NCBI GenBank assembly: GCA_038064395.1
Contig: JBBTTE010000004.1
Coordinates: 37,342-101,341, forward strand
Source of the DNA: Patescibacteria group bacterium
GTDB lineage: Bacteria; Patescibacteriota; Saccharimonadia; Saccharimonadales; UBA4665
Length of the DNA: 64,000 nt
Direction of reading: 5' to 3'
The position numbers and the translations under genes are program-made. Of this stretch, positions 53,864-61,005 are shown piece by piece. Each line of letters opens with the position of its first letter. Positions within the stretch are counted from its first letter, which is position 1. The notes beneath the pieces are model-generated. The model did not search any database. It was not told the DNA's origin and saw only the letters and a list, made by a program, of their open reading frames with translations.

Positions 53864-53892
53864 TTGACAAAAATAAGCATATAAGGTATGAT
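53864..53892 (+). promoter_or_regulatory. near-consensus promoter TTGACA-17-TATGAT, 6 nt before the ATG at 53899
   Basis: Read directly from the sequence. Confidence 0.6.
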
Positions 53893-53898
53893 ACAACT

Positions 53899-54480
53899 AT
53901 GAACACAACAGCCCAAGAACTACCATCCGACGCATCTAACGAAGCAATTGCTCAGGCCTTCGACAGGTCAAAGGCCGAATCTGATGCCAAGCGTGCCCAA
54001 GCCGAGTCTAAGGGTCTGGCGCGTGCTGGAGAGATAGGACTTAAGTTCTTAGGAGGCGCAGTCATGGCTGGCCTAGCCGTTGCTGCTATAGCACATGGCG
54101 TGAAGGGCAACAGTGAATACTACGACCGAGCCAACGGCGACCTTGCTGCTAATGTAGCCGCCCAGACTGCATCGAACAAGGCATCCTACGCAAGCAGCGA
54201 GGCTAGCAAGAAGGTGGACTACAGCCTACCTGTGATTAAGGGTGAAGGAATTAACGCCGTAACCCAAGAAGTTAATGAGGCCGGCGGCCACGTGGCAGGG
54301 CCCGAAGCCATTGTTTATAGCGATGGCACTGTAACTGACACGACTGAGATGTCAGCTGATGACTTGCGGGCTCGATCAGCGGCTCTACCTGCCGACAGTC
54401 AGTTGGTATATCCTGTTTTGCCTCAGGTTGGCCAGAAGGCCGAACAAGCCATAGCCCAGCAAACAGCACAATCTGAATAG
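53899..54480 (+). CDS. single-TM hypothetical protein, Ala/Ser/Gln-rich (orphan)
   Basis: 193 aa with one central hydrophobic helix (LGGAVMAGLAVAAIAHGV). A clear terminator follows. Confidence 0.5.
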   Translation: MNTTAQELPSDASNEAIAQAFDRSKAESDAKRAQAESKGLARAGEIGLKFLGGAVMAGLAVAAIAHGVKGNSEYYDRANGDLAANVAAQTASNKASYASSEASKKVDYSLPVIKGEGINAVTQEVNEAGGHVAGPEAIVYSDGTVTDTTEMSADDLRARSAALPADSQLVYPVLPQVGQKAEQAIAQQTAQSE

Positions 54481-54518
54481 AACAATCTAGATAGCTCAAT
54501 AGCGCCCCGCGCGCGGCT

Positions 54519-54547
54519 AACCACGCTACATAGCGTGGTTTTTGGTT
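54519..54547 (+). terminator. rho-independent terminator
   Basis: AACCACGCT-ACAT-AGCGTGGTT forms a perfect 9-bp stem, followed by TTTGGTT. Confidence 0.8.
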
Positions 54548-54607
54548 CTTATCTGTAAAACCTGTGGATAAGTGGTGTCAGAATCGCTGCGTTTTTATTA
54601 TTTGTAG

Positions 54608-54636
54608 TTGCAGGGGGTGATTGTGGGTAGTACACT
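54608..54636 (+). promoter_or_regulatory. candidate Pmra promoter TTGCAG-17-TACACT upstream of mraZ
   Basis: TTGCAG lies at 54608-54613 and TACACT at 54631-54636. It overlaps the TGGG repeats. Confidence 0.5.
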
Positions 54637-54661
54637 CAGTTCAGTGGGTAGAAATGGTAAG
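54612..54661 (+). promoter_or_regulatory. direct GTGGGTAG repeats (candidate MraZ operator)
   Basis: GTGGGTAG occurs at 54623-54630 and 54644-54651, 21 bp apart. Degenerate copies GGGGTGA (54613-54619) and ATGGTAAG (54654-54661) lie about 10 bp from them. Confidence 0.5.
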
Positions 54662-54719
54662 GCAAAACAGCTTACCAGATCGAAAAATAAAAAAACCACT
54701 AGCAGCTTAAGGGACATCA

Positions 54720-55097
54720 ATGGCAACGGTAGATTACTTCGAACGCAAGCTTGACGACAAGCGAAGGCTGACTATTCCGCCTGAACTTCGTGATAAGTTC
54801 GCGAGCGGGGCAGTAGTTACCAGAGGCTTTGGCCAATACCTGCATCTTTATCCCAAGGATGTATGGGAAAACTTGGTTGAGCCACGACTTGCTGGCGATA
54901 TCCTCGACGAGCGCATAGCAGACCTGAACATCCAATTCCGGATGGGCAAGGTCGACATGCAGCCCGACGGTAAACAGGGGCGCATCACGCTCGAGCAACA
55001 TTTGCTCGATTACTCCGGCATTAGCCGCGATGTGGTCGCTGTAGGAGTCGGACAGTACTGGCGTTTGATGGCTCCCGAGGCCGCAACTACCAAGTAA
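54720..55097 (+). CDS. mraZ: transcriptional regulator MraZ
   Basis: Two SpoVT/AbrB-like half-domains are present (DDKRRLTIPPELR and DGKQGRITLEQHL). It is the first gene of the dcw cluster. Confidence 0.85.
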   Translation: MATVDYFERKLDDKRRLTIPPELRDKFASGAVVTRGFGQYLHLYPKDVWENLVEPRLAGDILDERIADLNIQFRMGKVDMQPDGKQGRITLEQHLLDYSGISRDVVAVGVGQYWRLMAPEAATTK

Positions 55098-55356
55098 GCT
55101 CGCAGCTCATTAACAATTCAGACGAATAGTTACTATCCTCAATCGAGGCCAGCTATTCGACAATCAACAAGTGGAAATAGATAGCAAACCACTATAAAAA
55201 AGGGCTTTGCACCTTTCAAAAACACCTCCCAAAACTCCACCTCACACATAAGTCTCTCAAAACTTAGATTCTCGGCGAAAAGTATTTATACATTTGGCTT
55301 AGAATCAAACAAAAACAAAAATTTCTCAAAAAACAAAAAGTTGATTGTCGATTAGG

Positions 55357-55380
55357 TGACCTTGCATGTAAGCAAGGTCA
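55357..55380 (+). other. stable hairpin in the mraZ-rsmH spacer
   Basis: TGACCTTGC-ATGTAA-GCAAGGTCA forms a perfect 9-bp stem. Confidence 0.55.
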
Positions 55381-55391
55381 AGCTAATACAA

Positions 55392-55406
55392 GGGCGCGCA
55401 AGCCCC
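55392..55406 (+). other. GNRA (GCAA) tetraloop hairpin in the mraZ-rsmH spacer
   Basis: GGGCGC-GCAA-GCCCC forms a 5-bp stem with one bulged C. Confidence 0.45.
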
Positions 55407-55450
55407 ATGGATCAGCTTGAACCTTGTAAAACAAAAACAAACAAGACAAG

Positions 55451-56365
55451 ATGCACCAAAACAAACACCAAAATAAACACAAACAGCACGTACCAGTATT
55501 ACTAGAGGAAGTTCTACAGTATCTGGATCCGAAGGCAGGGGAATCATACCTCGATCTGACGGCCGGTTACGGTGGACACGCCAAGGAAATACTAGAACGG
55601 ACTGGAAGCCTCACACAATCAGTGCTGGTTGACCGCGATAATAATGCGATCAACGTTCTCCGCGAGGAGTTCGGACCGGACACTGTGGACTTGCGGCAAT
55701 CAGACTTTCTGACTGTCACACAAGAGTTGATCGCCGAAGGGCGGCAATTCGACCTTATTTTGGCTGATTTGGGCGTATCGTCACCGCACCTTAACGAGGG
55801 CAAACGTGGTTTTGCCATTAACCAGAACGGTCCACTCGACATGCGAATGGACCAATCGCAGGAACTAACTGCCGAAACTATAGTTAATACTTATAGCGAG
55901 GCAGCTTTAGTCGATATTCTGCAGCGTTACGGCGAAGAACCGAAGGCTAAGCAGATCGCCAATCTGATTGTGACTAACCGACCATTCGGTAGCACAGATG
56001 AGCTGGCAGCGATTGGTAGCAAGGCATGGACGGGATATAGTCGGGTTCATCCGGCGACCAGAACTTTTCAGGCGCTGCGTATTGCAGTCAATGACGAGCT
56101 AGGGTTGCTTGAGAAGAGCTTGCCTCTGTGGTTTGATCTGTTAGCAGACGGTGGTCGCATCGCCATCATCAGCTTTCACAGCCTAGAGGATCGATTGGTT
56201 AAGCAAGCCTTGCAGGAAGTCGCCGGCGAACGTTACGACGCAGATCTACGATTACTTACCAAGCGTCCGGCTACTGCTAGCCCCTCAGAATTAGTTTTTA
56301 ATCCGCGAGCTCGTAGTGCTAAACTACGCGCCGCAGTGAAAATAAAAAAGAAAGGGAACAACTAA
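55451..56365 (+). CDS. rsmH: 16S rRNA (cytosine1402-N4)-methyltransferase RsmH (MraW)
   Basis: HVPVLLEEVL, LDLTAGYGGHA and ADLGVSSPHL are present. An N-terminal HQNK repeat is encoded by the A/C-rich leader-like sequence. Confidence 0.95.
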   Translation: MHQNKHQNKHKQHVPVLLEEVLQYLDPKAGESYLDLTAGYGGHAKEILERTGSLTQSVLVDRDNNAINVLREEFGPDTVDLRQSDFLTVTQELIAEGRQFDLILADLGVSSPHLNEGKRGFAINQNGPLDMRMDQSQELTAETIVNTYSEAALVDILQRYGEEPKAKQIANLIVTNRPFGSTDELAAIGSKAWTGYSRVHPATRTFQALRIAVNDELGLLEKSLPLWFDLLADGGRIAIISFHSLEDRLVKQALQEVAGERYDADLRLLTKRPATASPSELVFNPRARSAKLRAAVKIKKKGNN

Positions 56366-56441
56366 TGCCTATCCAGGTAAAAAGTAGCTCCCGTGCTTAC
56401 AAAATCCACGTCAAAGTGGTTTAAGTAAGCAAGTAGCGGAT

Positions 56442-56464
56442 CCAGCCTCCCAAACAGAGGCTGG
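56442..56464 (+). other. hairpin between rsmH and ftsL
   Basis: CCAGCCTC-CCAAACA-GAGGCTGG forms a perfect 8-bp stem. No U-tract follows. Confidence 0.45.
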
Positions 56465-56505
56465 ACCTAAGATCATCTCACAAACTTAAAAACAAAAATA
56501 AACAA

Positions 56506-56853
56506 ATGACATACTCAAGTTCCTTAGCCATGAATCGTACTCGATATCAGGGCCGCAACCAGAACTCAGTTAGCTTCCAAGCCACAACACGGACGCTTGG
56601 ACCAATCAGCAATACCATTACGCTGATCGTTCTAGCATGCCTACTTGGCCTGTTGTATCTGACTCAGGTAACCAAGACTAACGCCTACGGTTACCAGATC
56701 AATACATTGCAGCAGAAGCAGGCTAGTCTCAAGACCCAGCACGACGACCTGGAAGTCGATTCGGCACGCTTACAATCCCTTAGCCGTGTCAGCGAAAGTC
56801 CAGTAGCCAAGAGTCTGGTATCAGTTGCGCCTTCAGCCACCGCCAAAAACTAA
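56506..56853 (+). CDS. ftsL: cell division protein FtsL-like (single TM plus coiled coil)
   Basis: The position between rsmH and ftsI, one TM helix (ITLIVLACLLGLLYL) and a short coiled coil support the call. Confidence 0.7.
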   Translation: MTYSSSLAMNRTRYQGRNQNSVSFQATTRTLGPISNTITLIVLACLLGLLYLTQVTKTNAYGYQINTLQQKQASLKTQHDDLEVDSARLQSLSRVSESPVAKSLVSVAPSATAKN

Positions 56854-56913
56854 AGCCCTATTATTGGTCACTTCGACATCTCGGGGCCAAAGTTTTATAA
56901 TTAAGGGGTAAAT

Positions 56914-58680
56914 ATGGCTTTGCCAAAAACAAACGACGTCAGCCAAGCAGTTACTCGAATCCGTATCTGGTACGGACTACTTATTCTTGTGCTGGCGATC
57001 TTTGGCCTTCGATTGTTCTACATCCAAATTATCCATTACAACCACTATCGTAACGCTGCGCTGAGCGATCAGCTCAAGCAATACGAGATTCCAGCCCGAC
57101 GGGGAATTATAAGGGCTCATGATGGCGCACAAGAGCTGCCAATTGTTCTCAACCAGCAACTATTTACCTTATATGCTGACCCAGTTTATATTAAGCACGC
57201 TGATCAGGCGGCCGCCAAGGTAGTGTCGGTTATGGGTGGTGACGCTTCCAAGTACGAGCAGCAAATGAAGACCAAGGATACGCGTTACGTGATACTAGCT
57301 AAGAAGTTAAGTCGTGAACAGCAGGATAAGATAGTCGCCCTCAAGATACCTGGCGTAGGAACGCAGGAGCAAGATTATCGTACTTACCCGCAAGGCAGCT
57401 TGGTGTCCCAGGTGCTAGGCTTCGTTAACGATGAGAACATCGGCAAGTACGGCATTGAGCAAGCACTTAACAAGCAACTTAGGGGCACGCCAGGCGAACT
57501 AAAGGCGATTACTGATGCCAGCGGTGTGCCGCTAGCTGCTAGCCGTGATAATACGCGAACTGCACCCAAGAATGGTGACGACATAACTCTAACAATTGAC
57601 TTGGCCTTGCAGCAACAGTTGGAAACTATCCTAGCCAAGGGTGTTAAGGACTACAAGGCCACGGCCGCCAGCGCGCTCATTATGGACACTAAGACTGGCG
57701 CCATCAAGGCCATGGCCAATGCGCCGACCTATGATCCAAGCAAGTATTCCCAGGTTGAAGACCCAAGCGTCTTCCAGAATGCTTCCGTATCGCACCCCAT
57801 AGAAGTCGGTTCATCGATGAAGACTCTAACTACGGCGGCAGCCCTAGATCAAGGAGTGATTAAGCCGACTACGACTTACTATGATCCTTCTAAGTGGAGG
57901 GTCGATGACTTCACAATTACCAACATTGAAGAAGATGGCGGGGCAGGTACTCGCAGTGTGACCGATATTCTTAACTTATCGCTTAACACTGGTGCGACGT
58001 GGGAGTTAATGCAAATGGGCGGAGGCGACATTAATTCCAAGGCTCGTAACGCTTGGTATGAGTACATGGCCAATCACTACATGTTCGGTAAGTTGACAGG
58101 CATTGAGCAGGGCTATGAGGCAAGTGGCTACGTCCCGGCACCTAAGGATAATGGCGCCGGTATTGACCTGACCTACGCCAACACATCATTCGGTCAGGCC
58201 ATGACAGCTACGCCGGTGCAAATGGCAGCAGCGTTGGCCTCGGTTGTTAATGGCGGCACTTACTATCAACCATACTTAGTCGATAAGACTACTCATTCTG
58301 ACGGCCAGACCACCGATACTAAGCCGAAGGTGATCAAGAAACACGTGGTTAGCCAATCTACGACCCAAGCAATAGTTCCGATGATGCAGTACGTTGTTGA
58401 TCATCACAACTTCACGCCCAAATTCGATCAGTCAGCCTACGTTGTCGGTGGCAAAACCGGCACGGCCCAGATAGCCAAGCCTGGCGGAGGCTACTATGAC
58501 CACCTGTTCAACGGTACCTATGCTGGCTTCGTCGGTGGCAACGTTCCACAGTACGTCATTGTAGTGTTCGTCAACAAACCAACCAACGGCGGCTATGCTG
58601 GTACCGCTGCCGCTCAACCTATCTTTGGCGCCTTGGCGCACCTGTTGATAAATAATGCTTATGTAATACCCAAAAACTGA
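56914..58680 (+). CDS. ftsI: class B penicillin-binding protein (FtsI-type transpeptidase)
   Basis: A TM anchor, a PBP dimerisation domain, and the motifs SxxK (GSSMK), SxN (SLN) and KTG (GKTGTA) are present. Confidence 0.92.
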   Translation: MALPKTNDVSQAVTRIRIWYGLLILVLAIFGLRLFYIQIIHYNHYRNAALSDQLKQYEIPARRGIIRAHDGAQELPIVLNQQLFTLYADPVYIKHADQAAAKVVSVMGGDASKYEQQMKTKDTRYVILAKKLSREQQDKIVALKIPGVGTQEQDYRTYPQGSLVSQVLGFVNDENIGKYGIEQALNKQLRGTPGELKAITDASGVPLAASRDNTRTAPKNGDDITLTIDLALQQQLETILAKGVKDYKATAASALIMDTKTGAIKAMANAPTYDPSKYSQVEDPSVFQNASVSHPIEVGSSMKTLTTAAALDQGVIKPTTTYYDPSKWRVDDFTITNIEEDGGAGTRSVTDILNLSLNTGATWELMQMGGGDINSKARNAWYEYMANHYMFGKLTGIEQGYEASGYVPAPKDNGAGIDLTYANTSFGQAMTATPVQMAAALASVVNGGTYYQPYLVDKTTHSDGQTTDTKPKVIKKHVVSQSTTQAIVPMMQYVVDHHNFTPKFDQSAYVVGGKTGTAQIAKPGGGYYDHLFNGTYAGFVGGNVPQYVIVVFVNKPTNGGYAGTAAAQPIFGALAHLLINNAYVIPKN

Positions 58681-58697
58681 GCGCAAATCACCAGAAA

Positions 58698-58706
58698 TGA
58701 TATAAT
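58698..58706 (+). promoter_or_regulatory. extended -10 TGaTATAAT upstream of mraY (short A-rich leader, no SD)
   Basis: The ATG at 58725 lies 18 nt after the -10. Confidence 0.4.
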
Positions 58707-58724
58707 AAAACAAAAAGAACACCT

Positions 58725-59765
58725 ATGAATACCTTGCACCTTGCTATCACAACCCACGAACTAACTCGCATACTGTCGTTAGGCTTCTTCGGCTTTGTTC
58801 TGAGCATGCTGATTACGCCGATATATACGAGTATCGCTTATAAATACCAGTGGTGGAAACGCCAACGTACTGAGGCTTGGTCGGGCGGGGCAGCGACTGT
58901 CTATCAGAAACTCCACGCAGCTAAGCACAAACGCAACATTCCGACGATGGCAGGACTAATCTTTGTCTTCTCTATTTCACTTGTCACTCTGGCCCTTAAT
59001 CTAAGCCGTGGAGAGACGTGGTTGCCGCTAGCTGGACTGGTCGCTGCGTCCGGGATTGGCTTACTTGATGATCTTATGAATATTAGGGGTGAAGGTGGCG
59101 GCGTGGCAGGTATGAGCGCGCGGGTTAAGTTTGCTCTATATAGTCTGATTGTGTTGATTGGTGGCTGGTGGTTCTACGCTAAGCTAGGGGTCAACACTAT
59201 ATATTTGCCTTGGATTCATCACTGGCATGTCGGCATATTTGTGATTGCTATCTTCTGGCTGGTGGTTGTATCGACAGCAATTTCGGTTAATATCAGCGAC
59301 GGCTTAGATGGTTTGGCTGGCGGGCTGCTGACTTCTTCGTTCATGGCCTATGCCATTATCGCCGCTGTTGACCATAAGTTTGCGCTAGCTGGCTTCTGTC
59401 TTACTGTCGTTGGAGCTCTGCTGAGCTACACTTGGTTCAATATCTATCCGGCGCGTTTCTTCATGGGGGATACGGGTTCTTTTGCCTTAGGCACGGCGCT
59501 CGGAATAATTGCGCTCCAAACGGATACAGTCTATATATTGCCAGTTATTGGTGCGGTATATGTCATGGAAACAGGCTCAGTCATTATCAACCGCACATCA
59601 CGTAAGCTTCGAAACGGTAAGAAAGTCTTCTTGTCGTCACCAATTCATCACCACTTCGAGGCGATTGGTTGGCCAGAGACTAAGGTTACCATGCGTTTTT
59701 GGATTCTTGGACAGATAGCTAGTGTGATCGGGCTAATTATCTTTCTAACTAGCGGTCAGGTTTAG
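58725..59765 (+). CDS. mraY: phospho-N-acetylmuramoyl-pentapeptide transferase
   Basis: GLLDDLMNIRG and NISDGLDGLAGG are present, with 10 TM helices. Confidence 0.95.
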   Translation: MNTLHLAITTHELTRILSLGFFGFVLSMLITPIYTSIAYKYQWWKRQRTEAWSGGAATVYQKLHAAKHKRNIPTMAGLIFVFSISLVTLALNLSRGETWLPLAGLVAASGIGLLDDLMNIRGEGGGVAGMSARVKFALYSLIVLIGGWWFYAKLGVNTIYLPWIHHWHVGIFVIAIFWLVVVSTAISVNISDGLDGLAGGLLTSSFMAYAIIAAVDHKFALAGFCLTVVGALLSYTWFNIYPARFFMGDTGSFALGTALGIIALQTDTVYILPVIGAVYVMETGSVIINRTSRKLRNGKKVFLSSPIHHHFEAIGWPETKVTMRFWILGQIASVIGLIIFLTSGQV

Positions 59766-59769
59766 TCTA

Positions 59770-61005
59770 ATGAGACCGCAAGCCGCAGAACGACGTCGGC
59801 CACCTGGGCTTGCTAACCTTAGCCTGGGTCGCAAGCATCGACCTGACTACTGGCTGATGATCTGGTGCGCGGCGCTCCTAGCGATCGGCCTGATTGTTGT
59901 TTATGCCATAAGTCCAGCGCTTAGTGCGGCTCACCACGTTACTGGTAACTACTATGTCGGTAAGCAATTACTGGCTATTGGCTTGAGTATCATAGCTTTT
60001 ATCGTAACGGCCAATGTGCCATTACAGTGGTGGCGTCAGGCGTATAAGCCATTACTGATTGCGGCCGCCATCGCGACTTTCCTAGCGCTTATTATCCCAG
60101 TTAATCCAGCTTATCCAGCCCATCGTTGGGTTCGCTTGGGTAGCTTGTCCTTCCAGTCGGTGGAGTTAGTGAAGTTCGCCATGATGATCTGGATGGCAGG
60201 TTTCTTGTCCCAGAGAATCAAGCAGGGCACTATAAGCAGTACCAATTTGACCCTCAAACCGATTCTAATAGCCCTAGGAGCGATTGGAGTGATAGTTGTG
60301 GGCGTTCAGAGCGATCTTGGCTCAACGGGCGTTATGGTGGCTATGATGGCGACTATGGCATTTGTGGCAGGACTACCGATGGGGCGCATCTTCTTGATAG
60401 GTGGGGTTGTAGCCATTGGTCTAATCATGGCAGTCTCAGCCACCCCCTATCGGCGCGAAAGACTACAGAGCTTCATACATCCTGATGCACATTGTCAGAC
60501 CAGTGGTTATCAGGCTTGTCAGGCTCTCATTGCGGTTGGCTCGGGTGGAATAATTGGCTTGGGTCTTGGTAGTAGCGTGCAAGCCTATGGCTATCTACCA
60601 GAGGCGGCCAATGACTCGATCTTCGCTATTTATGCTGAGAAATTCGGCTTTATCGGCAGCATTATTCTACTTGCCGTTTTCATTGCTTTCTTCTCTCGGC
60701 TTAAGAGTATTGCCGAGCGTTTACCAGATGACTTTAGTAGACTATTGGTAGTCGGCGTCTTGGCCTGGCTGAGCATCCAGACAATTATTAATGTTGGTGC
60801 GATGATCGGTCTATTACCGCTCAAAGGTATTACCTTGCCATTTATCAGTTACGGCGGTACCAGTGTGGTGTTCGCGGCAGCTGCAGTCGGATTGGCGTTC
60901 CAAGCCTCGCAATATGCAGCTTATGACACGCCACGTATTCGTGATCGCCTAGGTGATGGAAGTGGCAGCCGGCGCAACAACAATCTCAGGAGGGTAGAGT
61001 ATTGA
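59770..61005 (+). CDS. ftsW: SEDS family peptidoglycan polymerase FtsW/RodA
   Basis: 10 TM helices, the motifs PEAANDSIFA and LPLKGITLPFISYGGTS, and the position in the dcw cluster support the call. Confidence 0.92.
   Translation: MRPQAAERRRPPGLANLSLGRKHRPDYWLMIWCAALLAIGLIVVYAISPALSAAHHVTGNYYVGKQLLAIGLSIIAFIVTANVPLQWWRQAYKPLLIAAAIATFLALIIPVNPAYPAHRWVRLGSLSFQSVELVKFAMMIWMAGFLSQRIKQGTISSTNLTLKPILIALGAIGVIVVGVQSDLGSTGVMVAMMATMAFVAGLPMGRIFLIGGVVAIGLIMAVSATPYRRERLQSFIHPDAHCQTSGYQACQALIAVGSGGIIGLGLGSSVQAYGYLPEAANDSIFAIYAEKFGFIGSIILLAVFIAFFSRLKSIAERLPDDFSRLLVVGVLAWLSIQTIINVGAMIGLLPLKGITLPFISYGGTSVVFAAAAVGLAFQASQYAAYDTPRIRDRLGDGSGSRRNNNLRRVEY

Noticed and set aside
54549-54571. A perfect DnaA box (TGTGGATAA, 54563-54571) plus a weak box (TTATCTGTA, 54549-54557) as a possible replication origin.
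   Set aside because: There is only one perfect box. There is no cluster of boxes, no adjacent AT-rich unwinding element with 13-mer-like repeats, and no dnaA or dnaN nearby. It is more plausibly a regulatory DnaA site or chance.
56365-56424. A 19-codon ORF (MPIQVKSSSRAYKIHVKVV) whose ATG overlaps the rsmH stop (TAATG).
   Set aside because: It is too short to support from sequence alone and has no recognisable family. The TAATG overlap may be coincidental in A-rich sequence.
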